Shown one piece after another: positions 27,828 through 40,366 of a stretch of 64,000 nucleotides of DNA (the first letter of the stretch is position 1; the number at the start of each line of letters is the position of its first letter). The stretch is from Podarcis liolepis (taxonomy: Eukaryota), in assembly GCA_965112155.1 (NCBI GenBank), contig OZ218101.1. One strand, written 5' to 3'. The translations under genes were made by a program, and so were the position numbers. The notes beneath the pieces were generated by a model. That model was not told where the DNA came from, made no database searches, and saw only the letters and a list, made by a program, of their open reading frames with translations.

Positions 27828-30800
27828 CTTTAAAAATGTGGACATCATCATTTGTTTAGGTAGAAATTTTTCCTACTAGATAAACTCGGCTGATGTAAAA
27901 CCACCTTACAGTTCATTAACACAAGCCAGAGGGCTGGCTACAATAGTCTGTAGTTTTCATTACAGTTTTTTTATAATATTATACTTCGTGCATTAAAATT
28001 CTGCACCAGATGTCATTTTTTTTCTTCCTTTCAAGATGCGGTTTTCTATTCCAGTATTTGGGTACCAATGTCTTAACATTTTCCTATAACTTTTCTAACA
28101 ACATTTATTTCTCCTAGTATGACTATGGGGTCTGTACTTAATTTATGTCCTGAAATCTTCTCAATTTTTATCACCTCAATCCAAAACATTTTTTTACAAC
28201 CTCTCTAAATATATCTAAAGTTTCTGTGGCTTTACACATTTGTAATGTTTACTTCTTTTTTGCAACTTATAAAAAGTACAAAATCTTGTAAAAAATAAAT
28301 AAATCTTTAACTTCAACATCCGTAAAGTATTTTGGACTTCCTTGAAAAATATTGATCCAGTGTTTTTGGTAATTGATAATTGCTTTATTAGGCTTAATAA
28401 AGATGTGAGTCCTTTGTTGCAGCAAGATAAAACCATGGTTCTAGATTTGCTTTCCTCTCAATTTAATACCCTCTGGGGTATTAAACATCACTAAATGTGC
28501 AGCTGGGAACACAAGAATGCATGCATATTTCAGAGGGATCAAACTAAGTTTGAGAAAACGAAAATCAGAATACAAGGGAAAGAAACCTGGAAAAAATATG
28601 ATGCTCTACCTGAAAGTTCCCATTATGATCGCTGAACAAATCAGAATATAGATGTTTGGGGTCTGGTACAGAAGGCATTAGGATCTTCCTAATTCTGTAA
28701 AAAAAAGAAATGAGTTAAATGATTACAATAAAAACCATAAAAGAAAAAGAAAAGCTGTGTTCAAAAAGTAGACATTAAATATAGGATCTTCAGCATTTAA
28801 ATAAAAGCAGAAACAGACATTTTATGCCCCAGATAATTTGAAGGGTCCTTAAAAACAAAGAAGGGAAAATAGTTTATTCTAAAAATTAATGGCACATATA
28901 GCAAATGGGATGGGGAATGGCACCTTTCAGCTGATGAAAGACAATATGCCAGGCTTAGAGCTTGAAGTCAGAGCCTAGTTCATTTAAAGGGATTTCATAG
29001 AACCAGGCATGCAAATTCCCTTACACTTAAAGTCAGACTGGGGACAAACTTGGCCCAAAAGTTCAGGATTTCACTCTCCCTCATCATGACCAGGACAAAC
29101 ATCTTTGAAAGTGAACAGGATTTTGGACCCCACATATATGAATCCACCACAATCTGATCATATGGCTCCATCACAAAATCATCATACTCAGTAATATTTT
29201 CTTACTAGTAAAGTGTCCATCTATTATGATAAACAGAGTCTGTTGAGTTTCTCCAGAGAGAGCACTGATTCCTTGCCAAGGAAGAATGGACAGCTAAAAG
29301 TTACATCCACTGCAAATGCAGTTCTAAAAAGAGGGGTTTTAGATACACGCACCCATAGAGCATGGTAAAAAGATGGGCAAGGGTGGTTACACTTAGAAGA
29401 AGAAGAAGAAGAAGAAGAGTTTGGATTTGATATCCCGCCTTTCACTCCCCTTCAGGAGTCTCAAAGCGGCTAACATTCTCCTTTCCCTTCCTCCCCCACA
29501 ACAAACACTCTGTGAGGTGAGTGGGGCTGAGAGACTTCACAGAAGTGTGACTGGCCCAAGGTCACCCAGCAGCTGCATGTGGAGGAGCGGAGACGCGAAC
29601 CCGGTTTCCCAGATTACGTGACTACCGCTCTTAACCACTACACCACACTGGCTCTCACTTAGGACTATAGGTAGCCACCTTAAACCGAGTCGGGCCTTTG
29701 AGCCAACTAGCTCAGCATTATTCATACTGACTGTCAGTCGCTCTCCAGGGTTCTGGATGGGAAGTCTCTCATACCTACCTGGAGATGCCAGGGATTGCTT
29801 GCCTCTCCCCCAACAGTAAACAGTGGCTCATGTTCTCCTGTCCTGTCCCCTTTATAAAGATCTGAGGAATGAAATCATTACCCCACTCTTACTTACCATC
29901 CCAGGCCGCCCATCTGAGGCCACATTGTTCTTTCTTTTATCAGATCAAAATGATCAGACAACAGCAAAGGTTGCTAGGTTTATCGAGGGTGCAATGAGAT
30001 TAAGGGCCGCTATCTGAATGATAATCTTGGTCATTTGATTGCCCTCTTTACCCATTGCTGTCTTTTTTATTTGTATATATTTTATTTGTATATATTGCTT
30101 GTTTTATGTTGCTATGGCCGTTGGCTAATGCGAATAAAGTTTCCTGATCTATCTCTCCCCCAACACATGCAGCTGCAATGCCCCGATCGGTTGGCATGTG
30201 AAGGACTCTAAGCACACACATCAGTATTCACACGAAGCCCCTTCACACATTGGCCAAAGTGTGGAGGCAGGCCTTCTCCAACTATTGGTGGTGAGGCTAG
30301 CCAAGATGGTTTCACGATGCTCCTCATGCATTCTTTTATGAGCCCAATCCTTAATTTTATCCAGGATGAGTGAAGGGAAGCCACTCCATATTCTGATTGG
30401 CTAGAAGACTTTACATAAACATCCTGTACCACCTTGTGACTATTATGTTACTTGTTGGCCAGAGGGCTTCCATTGAATCTTCTCTAGAGTTCCACCCTTT
30501 GTCGACGCCCCTTTCTTTGCCTTCAGGCTCAGCTCCTGCCTATCCAACCTGTCCATTCTTACCTACACACAAAAAACTTCACACAGCTTCTCCGGTAAGG
30601 ATTTACACAGTAAATCCTGAAGACATAGTTGGCCCCACTCTGACTCAGATCCCATGCATTCATTCTCTACTATTCTCAAAATTATAAACCTGGAAGACCC
30701 ACATCATATAGTGTATATAGCAAATTCCAAACATTCCATCCCATAATCTGTAATATGGGAGTAAAATTCCTGGGGGCGGGGGAGTAAACTGCTGAAGGTC

Positions 30801-33800
30801 TATCTGCCACACCTTGATCATCTTTATCTCCAACAGCCAAGATGCAATGGATAAGTGCAGTTCATCCTTTCTCAAAATGCACACTGTACCCATTAGATCC
30901 CTGAAATGTGTAGGCCTTCCCGCCACAAATATTGTTCTGTCATTTTGATCATTTTGATCAAGGGTTTGTGAGTGCACAAAGCAGCATTTACCTTTCCCAT
31001 CTGCAAACGCACAACAGAAGGGCAAATATTACCAGGACGCCAGCCATCACCAAAGTCAAAGGGATTACTGTAATTGATTTGGGTTCAGAGACATCTATAT
31101 CACAGGAATCTTTGAGGAATGACAAAAAGAAAAAAGTTCAAAGTGTTTTCCAGTATATTTGAAAAAAGAAACATCAGATTCTTTAAAGCATATTTTGGCC
31201 AACTCTTTCTTTCGAAAAGCAATTATTAAAAAATGGAATAATATATACTATTAATCTTTAGGCCACCATTCTTTTAAGCTTCTACATTTCACAATAATGT
31301 GGAATTTTGTGTTGTCCACTGAAATACACTTCTGCTAGGATGAAAGAATACAAGAATACCGGTATGAGATTTTTCTGCTTTGTGAATAAAAATTAGCTCT
31401 TTATATTGTCATTTAGCTCTTTATATTGTCATTTATATAACTAACCTTCTTCGTTCCAACAGAAAGTGTGACTATACTGGAATAGGAAATATAGTGTCAT
31501 GTACATGTGCTGATGCCTGCTAATGAATGCTTTTAAAGGAATATATTATAACAAAATGTTGTCTGGAGAGAATATCAACTGAAATTCATTTAAAGTCCTG
31601 TGTCCAATTCTCTGCTGTTTCCCAGTTGTGAAATGGGCCACTGGGATGTCACTGAAAACAGGTCCCTGTGTTGACAAATCACCCTCAGTGCTGTAGCATT
31701 TGGAAATAAGGCTTGGGACCGTTATGGGAGAACTCTGCTCAGTTTGGATCTTGACTTTTATAGTCACTTACTGGGGTTGATGGGGATTGTAGATCCACAA
31801 TATGTGATGAATCAAAGTTTCCCTCCCTAAAGCGTGCCCCACTTCCGACGCCCTTCCCCAAAACACACCCTGAAATGGTAAGGTGGCATGGTTTCGCTGG
31901 AGTTGTCTGTGCAAAACCTCCCAGCCCCTAGAATACTAAATGGCAACTTTCCAGTGGAGAACTACATTTCCCAGACTCCTCAGTGCCTGGAAAAAAATCA
32001 TTGAAGGGATTTTGGCATTGCCCTGTTATCACTGCTAATTTGGGAGTGGGGGGATTTGACAGCAGGGCAGGGGAGGGTTAGTTGTTGGTTCTTAAACAAT
32101 TTAAAATCAAATAAAATAGTGGATTTGTTGTGTTATGGTGACTGCGGAGTATAAATAAAATGATGATGATGATGATGATGATGATGATAAACTTTAATTG
32201 TGCAAACCTAAAACTTATGTGCTTGAATCTGTACTGCAGAAGAGTGGCAGTCTGGGGGCACCTTGTATATAAGATAGTATACCCTGAACACTAAATAAAT
32301 GACAAGAAGTAGGTCTACATGTTAGCATTATCTAGAAATAGAAGTTTCAGAAAGAGGATTTACAGTAGCAGTGTATTTTATGTTATTTTTACCTACAGAG
32401 CTGCCATTTTTCCAATGTGTTTCTGCTCCCCATTCACTGGAATAAGCAAATACACTGCAAATGTGATTCAGCCTGAATCGAAAGGAATAGCATTTCGCAG
32501 GATCAAATCCTTGGTCTTTAATCTCACAACATTCTTGGTCCCTAGACTGAACAGCAAGAGTACCAGTCATTAATAATTTTGTTCACTGTATATTTTCTAG
32601 GCTATCCTAATAGGTTTTCATTAGGCATTAGGTTTTCATCTTACCTCCCTTTGTATCATATTTTGTTCTTTATTTTTTCCCTCATTTCTTATCTCAGGGT
32701 TATAGCCTGTGCTTGCCTTGCACGGAGTAGACCCATTGAAATCAATGGACATGATGAACTTAGTTTGATGCAACCCTTAGTTCATTATTCTGGCAATGCT
32801 TTGAAAGAAAGAAGCTTGTACACCATGAGGAAGTAATCAACATATGAATTAGAACAATGAAGTAGCAACTTGGGGATTTCCCCAGCTTTCTTGCATATAA
32901 AGTCCCCAAGGAATTATCAGATCTTTAGTTGCCTAAACACAGCTACAGTGGTGCCTCGCAAGACGAAATTAATTCGTTCCGCGAGTTTTTTCGTCTAGCG
33001 AATTTTTCGTCTTGCGAAGCACGGTGTCGGAAAAGTTTTGGAAAAGCTTCAAAAATCGCCAAAAACCTCAAAAAAGGCCACCACACCGCGTTCTATGAGT
33101 TGCTCCTCGAAGTCAAGTCGCAACTGTATTAAGGGTGTTAAGAAAAAGGAAACAAACTTGCAAAAAACGCAAGACGTTTTCGTCTTGCGAAGCAAGCCCA
33201 TAGGGAAATTCGTCTTGCGAAGCAGCTCAAAAACCGCAAAACCCTTTCGTCTAGCGAGTTTTTCGTCTTGCGAGGCATTCGTCTTGCGGGGCACCACTGT
33301 ACTTAAACACAGTTTGTGAAATTAAGTTCCACTCAGATAATTGGGACTGTGTGTCAAAATACACAGATGAGGGGGATGTGAGCAACAGTCCACTGGCAAT
33401 CAATTTAGAGTGCACTGTGATGTCATTGCATAACCGCCAACATTTCTCCAATGAGAATTTTTGTTATTTATACTCCACCCATCTGACTGGGTTGCCCCAG
33501 CCACTCTGAGTGGCTTCAAACAGATATAAAAACATAATAAAACATTAAACATTTAAAAACTTTCCTATACAATGGTACCTCGGGTTAAGTACTTAATTCG
33601 TTCTGGAGGTCCGTTCTTAACCTGAAACTGTTCTTAACCTGAAGCACCACTTTAGCTAATGGGGCCTCCTGCTGCCGCCATGCCGCTGGAGCACGATTTC
33701 TGTTCTCACCCTGAAGCAAAGTCCTTAAGGTACTATTTCTGGGTTAGCGGAGTCTGTAACCTGAAGTGTATGTAACCTGAAGCGTATGTAACCCGAGGTA

Positions 33801-35874
33801 CCACTGTACAGGGCTGCCTTCAGATGTCTTCTAAAGGTTGTATCCCATTGGATCAGGAGTCACATAACTCCATACCCTCCAACATTTCTCCGGTGAAAAT
33901 AGGGATGTCCAGGATCTAAACAGAAACCGTGACGGCTTCTGTAAATCTGGGCCTGTCTCTGGAAAATAGGGACATTTGGAGAGTCTATCCTTGCTCAGAT
34001 ACCATATTTTTCATTCCATAAGACGCACTTGACTACAAGACGCACAAGACGCACCACAAGACGCACCTAGTTTTTGGAGGAGGAAAACAAGAAAAAAAAT
34101 ATTCTGAATCTCATAAGCCAGAACACCAAGGGGGATCGCTGCACAGTGAAAGCAGCAATCCCTCTTGCTGTTCTGGCTTCTGGGATAGCTGCGCAGCCTG
34201 CATTCGCTCCATAAGACGCACACACATTTCCCCTTACTTTTAAGGAGGGAAAAAGTGAGTCTTATAGAGCAAAAAATACGGTAATTGTTTTCCCTGCATT
34301 CTGTGTCTTGCATAAGTTCCAAGTTGAAACCAATATCAACTAGCCAACAGTAAAGTTTACAAGGTTGAGGCATGAAATATCAGGTGCCAAACTGTGGCAA
34401 ATGCAGGAGATTTGATCTGCACAATAATCAGCCCACTTTCCACAGCTGGGCCTCAGCGGTCCATTTGCAATTCTGGACATCTCAGCTTTGCCAGGCTTCA
34501 AGGCCTTTTTTTTTTGCTGCTGGCAACCCAAGATGATGAGTTTCAAATTCATCGATTCAAGACTATGTTGATCTGGTGGAAAACTCCTAACAAAAAACAC
34601 CCACATTTATTTCTGCACTGCAAAAGAAAAAGTCCCTTTCCAGGTTTCCATTCTGCAACGCAAAGCTGCACTTATCTACCCACCTGCCAATCTTTGTCAA
34701 GTTGGCTTTTGTACTGAAGTTCAAAGCGAAAACAATGTTCCTTGTCAACTCCCTTGCACTGCACAGTTACTTTGTCATCTGCCCATTGGAAAGTAACGTG
34801 TTCAGGTGGGTTGGGCTTCACTGGTGAAGATAACATTAATACACTCAATTACACAGTCGAGCTACAAAATGTTTTAATTGAACATATTGTACTTGTTAGC
34901 ATCTCATGATTGAAGCCTGCTCAAATAACAACAAAATATGAAATCACATAAGCTATCACTCAACTAATAACTGCTACGGCATGTTGTTGCATGCTATATA
35001 AGGGTAAATATGTGGCGAGAACACTTTTAAATGCAGTCAGATAGCAAAAGCTACTGCATACTGAGAATCAAATGCTGTTGTGTGTGATAGTTATAAACTG
35101 ATTCCTGGGGATTCCTGGGTTCTTTGAAAGCATGAAAGGCAGTCCCTCATTGAAAAGATGAGTGAGAGAACAGAAGGTTCCTGGAAAGACACTTTGTCCC
35201 CGTCATAGATTTTCCCCCCAATATGGTAGTCGTATTTGTCACAGTGAAACTCCAAAGCATTCTGTGTTAACTGAGTGTGTGCCTTAGAACATTAATCAGA
35301 ATCCTCTACAACACTGAATTCCTAGGCAGAGATTGATGTGGAAAGGTAGAAACAGCAGAACAGCTCTCCGTACTATGAAAAACAAGGTACTACTGCATAT
35401 AAATGGCATCAAAAATGGTAAAAAATTGAAATTAGGCAGCATTGGGGAAAGAAGGAGAAGGAGAAGGAGAAGGGGGAAGGAGAAGAAGTAGTAGTAAAGG
35501 ACCCCTGGATGGTTAAGTCCAGTCAAAGGTGACTATGGGGTTGCGGCGCTCATCTCACTTTCAGGCCAAGGGAGCCGGCGTTTGTCCACAGACAGCTTTC
35601 TGGATTATGTGGCCAGCATGACTAAACCACTTCTGGCACAATGGAACACCGTGATGGAAGCCAGAGCACACAGAAATTCCGATTACCTTCCCGCCACAGC
35701 AGTACCTATTTATTTACCGGTACTTTCACTGGCGTGCTTTCAAACTGCCAGGGTGGCAGGAGCTGAGACAGAGCATCGGGAGCTCACCCCGTCGCGGGGA
35801 TTTGAACAGCTGACCTTCTGATCGGCAAGCCCAAGAGGCTGTGATTTAGACCACAGCATCACCCATGTCCCATT

Positions 35875-35917
<43 letters not shown>

Positions 35918-38900
35918 CAGATATTTACTAAGCAGAATTTGAAGAAGTCAAATTGCTGTTGCTTCCCTTTTTTTTTCTTTTGTAATCCTAGTGAGGCACT
36001 GACACCTGAAAAGATTACTGCCAGAGTGATAATAGTTGTTAACTTACACAAATTGCTGCTCTCTTGTTCATCAAAGTAAGCCTCCTCTGTCTGATTTGGA
36101 TTCCTAATGTAAATGTGCAGATAACTCCCTTCAGTAGGAAATAGACACCCACTGTTGTATCCTTGGTCATGCAAATATTCAATGCACTGCTTCTCTTCTT
36201 GTTCATCAAACCTGCAATTGAAATAATCATACTCAATAAGATGGCAAAAATCTTTTCCATTGAAAATCAGGATATTTGGAAATGCTTTAAAGGGGATAAT
36301 CCTTGCCTAGCCCTCTGCACTCTAGAGCAGATTCCTGTCCTGCCAGGTCCTGTCCATGAAATGTAAGATACTTTTATTTTTATTTTATTTTATTTTATTT
36401 AAATAATAGAATGCAGTAGTGTTTAGTTGGCCTCCTTTGAAACACTTTTTCCAAAAAGCAAGGCAATTGACAGGATTTGACAACTACAAGTCACGTGTTG
36501 TTCCTTTGAGGTAGGGACAACATGATTTCCAACATCTATTTAATTTCCACCACTTCAATATTAACAGCTTCACTCTACAACAGTTCACAGTTTTAAATAA
36601 ATAAAGTTATTGTTTTGGATATTTACAATTCTGAGAGTTCAGCCAGCACAAAGATGCTTGTCTTCTACAGTAACAGGGCTCATCTGCTGCTAAGTTATCA
36701 AAAGACAGTGCTTACATCTAGAGCAAGAAGAGTGAATAGCAAGGTCACTGCAAGAAGTCTTGCCTGTTCCAAGGTAGCCTCACTCTGCTGGTTCTGCAGC
36801 TTCAATGGGCAACTTGCCAGAGAGCATGAAAAGCCCCACCAGCCAGGAGAGAGGGGTGTTGTGTGTGACATATTCCAGCAGCTCAGCCATTTATTCTTGT
36901 ACTTTTTGCACTGTCTGGAGGCTCTATATTCCACTCAGTGGCTTTAGATACCACCGACTATCCTTCAGGAGTGACTGTTCGAATTAGGGATGGGTGGCAC
37001 CACTTTGCGGTAGTTCCAGTCCTACTTGGATGGTCATTCCCAGAAGTTGTTGCTTGGGGAATGCTTTTAACCCCCTGGAACCTTCAGTCTGGGGTTCCAC
37101 AGGACTCAATCTTACCCCCTGCATTGTTTAACATCTACTGTACATGAAACTGCTGGGTGGGGTTATCTGGAGGTTTGGAGTATGTTGTCAGCAGTATACT
37201 GATGACACTCAGTTCTATTTCTCCTTTACATCTGCAGGTGAGGCAGTGGAAGTGCTGGACCAGTGTCTTGCCTCAGTAGTGGACTGGATGAGAGCCAACA
37301 AACTGAAGCTCAATCCAGATACGATTGAGGCACTGTTAGTGGGTTGTTCCTTAGACTGGATGGGTGAGAGATTGCCTGCTGTTGATGGGGTTACACTTCC
37401 TCTCAAGGAGCAGGTTCATAGCTTGGGGGCACTCCTGGATCCTTTGTTGTTGCTCGAGGCTCAGGTGGCCTCAGTGGTCCAGAGTGCCTTCCATCTGCTT
37501 TGGCTGCTGGCCCAGCTATGCCCCTGTCTGGACAGGGATAGCCTAACTACTGTTGTCTATGCTCTGGAACCTCAAGGTTCGATTACTGCAATGCGTTATA
37601 CATAGGGCTGCCTCTGGAGATGGTTCAGAAACTTCAGCTGGTGCAGAATTCAGTGGCCAGGTTACTCACCGGAGCAAGATGGTTTGAGCATATTACACCG
37701 AGCCTCACATGCTACAAGAAAGTCCAGTGAAACCAACAGGCACATTTAGAATTGGCCACAAGAACTGGCCATAGGTTGTAGGTTTTTAAAAGTGTTGAGG
37801 ATACAGCTTTCTCCCAACAACCAAACAGAAAAGCTATTTGTGGCCTCCAAACAATATGGAATGGACAGTGAATATGTGCAATAAGAAGGAAGCCAGATCA
37901 ATGTTCTCACCAGCTTGAGTTCAGAATATAAATATAAAATCTTATCTATCTCATGCTTTAGTTCCTTTGGATAAAAGGGAGTGAAAGGAAAGGGAAAGGG
38001 GGGGGGGTGCATTTATAGACCAATTTGTTTGAAAATTCCCAGCATTCAAACCTAGAAATCCAAAGAAAGTCTGTTTGCCAGTACTTACTTATAAGACATC
38101 GTCATGTTCCTGCCTGGAAAATTTTTTTTTGCATGCCATGAAATCTCCATCCTCTTACCATTGAGATTCTGTATTTCGTATTCTGGGCAACCATCTAGCA
38201 AAAACAAAGGGTTGTAATTGTTTAAAATAATCTGCAAAATAAATGGCTATCAGTCTCATCCAAGTTAGATCTTCTAAATATACATGTTTCTGCTGCACCT
38301 CTCAGTACTAAAAAGGAGAAACTTTGGGCTTGGATTTATCGTATAAGGCTAGAAAATAACCAAGCAAGCTTAAGTGCATATGCTGGACAACTTGCATACA
38401 TTAGACCACCCAGAAAAGGGTCAAGTACTTCACTAGGTAATAGTAATTACCATTTGCCAAAAGCTCTTTGCTTTATTTCATTCCCACCACAGCAGAAAAG
38501 GTCTCCTTTTTTGGCACTGCACTTTCCATGCTCCTCTTTCTCTAGCCTTGAGGGACTTCCAAGGTATTTAGTGCCATTGATGTAACATTTTCACACAATA
38601 TTATTTGACAGCTCAAGGTTGATATTGCTTAATACAATAAGAATGTCCAAGCATCTTCTGCTGAGAGATTATTCCTCCCTGTCCCTGCTAGAATGAATGC
38701 TCAGGTCCAAATGCGAGTTGTCTTAAATGGCAACACCAAAGAGAAGCCTATTCTGCTGAAGCATGGAGATTAAGAGGAGAGTTTCTAGGTTGTGTGTGAA
38801 TATATCTGAGAGCTCTGTTTCTGTATCATTACCTGCTAAGACGTCTTCAGAACCATTAAATTGATTGATGGGGTATAGACCTTGAAAACAAAGCAAATAA

Positions 38901-39663
38901 TAAGACTATGAAAGGAAGAATGGCAAAAAATCCTGCACTGCAGATGAAAAGCATGGGGGGGGGGAATCCATGTAATTTTGTACAGTATTAACTAGCAGAT
39001 CATTATTTCCCATCATAATCGTGATTTTTAAATGGTAAGTTGTTTTTTTCTTCTAGAATTCATTTAAAAGAAAAAAGAATAACCAGACCATGGATATAAC
39101 ATTAAATTACATTTATTGAACTACTTCCAGAACACAAAAGACACAAATTCCCATGGCTTTTAGTTATAAGTAATGCTGCTTAGAATTTTTAATGCAAAAA
39201 AAAATCCCACCCCAAAACCAAGTAATAAGAAAACACTTAATTTATTTAACATTTTTTAAGAAAAATCTTTGTTGCATGTTACAGATCTCTGTAGTTGTAT
39301 TGAGATCTTCACCTTACGTAACTATTGCATAACTATTGTGTTCTGTCCTGAAAGTTGCAATATATACTATACTGTTTGAGCTTACTTTATACCGAACATT
39401 ATGAATTTTGCCTCTGACATTTAGTGGTACAAAGACTTGGTTCAAATAAACCTTTACAATTGATTTAGCTCTAAATTTCATTCAAGTCTTTGTAATTTTT
39501 GTACATTATAAAGTGAATGGTTGCTAATACTGAGTTGTTAATACTGGTATGTGTGCTAAAAATTCATATTGTCAGATTTTAACTTACATGGTGCCCATGA
39601 CTGAGAAACCCACAGGAGGATGCAGAGCAGAACAGCAGCAGAGGACTTAAGACTCAACCCCAT
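27705..39663 (-). CDS. CRLF2: Cytokine receptor-like factor 2 (TSLP receptor), 8 coding exons, 963 nt, 320 aa
   Basis: Exons 39663-39588, 38194-38089, 36211-36048, 34820-34684, 32546-32393, 31109-30992, 28694-28610 and 27827-27705. All introns are GT-AG and phase-compatible (1,2,1,0,1,2,0). The product has a signal peptide, QC..YL...GYNSGCL, LKPNPP, ELQYKS..D.DWQ, KCYSFRFR, a TM helix, Box1 LMPSVPDPK and GNFQEWI, all recognisable from human CRLF2. It lies next to a CSF2RA-like gene. Confidence 0.95.
28610..28694 (-). CDS. CRLF2: CRLF2 coding exon 7 (Box1)
   Basis: 85 nt; IRKILMPSVPDPKHLYSDLFSDHNGNFQ; poly-pyrimidine acceptor and CAG|gtagag donor. Confidence 0.95.
29397..29656 (-). mobile_element. 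tRNA-derived SINE, Squam3-type, (CTT)n tail
   Basis: Reverse complement starts GAGAGCCAGTGTGGTGTAGTGGTTAAGAG (A box) and has a B-box-like GGTTCGCGTCTCC. (GAA)n on the plus strand. Flanking repeat CACTTAG. Confidence 0.85.
29816..30152 (+). mobile_element. Non-LTR retrotransposon 3' end, probably RTE-X
   Basis: HVLLSCPLYKDLR zinc-knuckle end, AATAAA and short (ATCT) tail. 13-bp TSD CTCTCCCCCAACA at 29803-29815 and 30153-30165. Clade assignment is by motif only. Confidence 0.75.
30992..31109 (-). CDS. CRLF2: CRLF2 coding exon 6 (transmembrane)
   Basis: 118 nt; DSCDIDVSEPKSITVIPLTLVMAGVLVIFALLLCVCRWER; AAG|gtaaat donor. Confidence 0.95.
32393..32546 (-). CDS. CRLF2: CRLF2 coding exon 5 (FNIII D2, degenerate WSXWS)
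   Basis: 154 nt; SRDQECCEIKDQGFDPAKCYSFRFRLNHICSVFAYSSEWGAETHWKNGSSV. Confidence 0.95.
32946..33299. mobile_element. Tc1/mariner-type MITE
   Basis: TIRs CAGTGGTGCCTCGCAAGACGAA / TTCGTCTTGCGGGGCACCACTG, TA flanks, multiple internal TTCGTCTTGCGA repeats. CpG-rich, so probably young. Confidence 0.92.
33570..33806. mobile_element. Tc1/mariner-type MITE, same family as 21231-21456, opposite orientation, inside an L2/CR1-group LINE tail (~33465-33840)
   Basis: TIRs CAATGGTACCTCGGGTTA / TAACCCGAGGTACCACTG with TA flanks. Confidence 0.9.
34002..34281. mobile_element. Tc1/mariner (pogo/Tigger-like) MITE
   Basis: TA-CCATATTTTT...AAAAATACGG-TA termini and internal AAGACGCAC repeats. Confidence 0.8.
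34684..34820 (-). CDS. CRLF2: CRLF2 coding exon 4
   Basis: 137 nt; LKPNPPEHVTFQWADDKVTVQCKGVDKEHCFRFELQYKSQLDKDWQ. Confidence 0.95.
35494..35871 (-). mobile_element. Sauria SINE, followed by an (AAC)n microsatellite at ~35875-35917
   Basis: Homologous to 7528-7877. Confidence 0.88.
36048..36211 (-). CDS. CRLF2: CRLF2 coding exon 3
   Basis: 164 nt; FDEQEEKQCIEYLHDQGYNSGCLFPTEGSYLHIYIRNPNQTEEAYFDEQESSNL; gtaagt donor. Confidence 0.95.
36990..37710 (+). mobile_element. L2/CR1-group LINE reverse transcriptase fragment (degenerate)
   Basis: GVPQDSILPPALFNIY, QQYTDDTQFY (YADD equivalent) and WMRANKLKLNPD, with frameshifts. Lies in CRLF2 intron 2. Confidence 0.9.
38089..38194 (-). CDS. CRLF2: CRLF2 coding exon 2
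   Basis: 106 nt; GCPEYEIQNLNGKRMEISWHAKKNFPGRNMTMSYK; ttttgctag acceptor and gtaagt donor. Confidence 0.9.
39588..39663 (-). CDS. CRLF2: CRLF2 coding exon 1 (signal peptide)
   Basis: 76 nt; MGLSLKSSAAVLLCILLWVSQSWAP; phase-1 gtaagt donor. Confidence 0.9.
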
Positions 39664-40366
39664 ACCTGGAAATATAGTGTATGATCAAATTATTACCAAT
39701 ATAAACCACAGCAGTACTTCTCTAGGACTGATCTTTACTACTGAATAGCTTTGTATCAAAAATGAAAATCTAGAGGAAATGACTATAGGAAATATTTGCA
39801 AATAGTGAGATATTTATAATCTGTTCTCACAGATCTTAAAAGTTGCATAGATTAGGCTTCCTTTTTACTAAGTGACTATGGGTGTGAAATATAAGTCCTC
39901 TGAAGAACCTGAACTGGAAATATACCTTGAACAACTCAGCCATGGAGTTTCTTAGGTATCCCAGTGCCCCTGTCACAGCTTAGTAGGGGAAGGCATTTGG
40001 TAGGATCCATAATTTAAGAGGGATTATCATAAGGGATATTAGCTGTGGCATAGCAAGTGCCTAGCTCCAGTCAGGGGAACAGCGACTGGATTCCACACAT
40101 CCAAGTTGCTGTGGGACCCACCAGATCAGTCTGTGTTGCGGAGGGAACCTCCTGTTGGCAATTCCTATGGGTTACCCAGCAGGCAAGCTGGGAAGGAGAT
40201 TAGGCCAGCAGTCAGGCTGCCCGGGCATAGAGGAGACAGATCCTTATGTCATGCCATGCCCCAATGTTCCTGTTACCAATAAAGTTGTGGCCTTGTTATA
40301 CCCTGCATTGCCGCTGTGTGTCATTACTCCCCAATCCAAACACTGTGGCGTTTGCCCTCCTAGGTG

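Noticed and set aside
31393-31434. 20-bp perfect tandem duplication in a CRLF2 intron
   Set aside because: Ordinary slippage duplication, far from splice sites.
32946-33299. Regularly spaced TTCGTCTTGCGA repeats resembling a CRISPR-like array
   Set aside because: They are internal repeats of a TA-flanked MITE with TIRs, in a vertebrate genome, with no cas genes.
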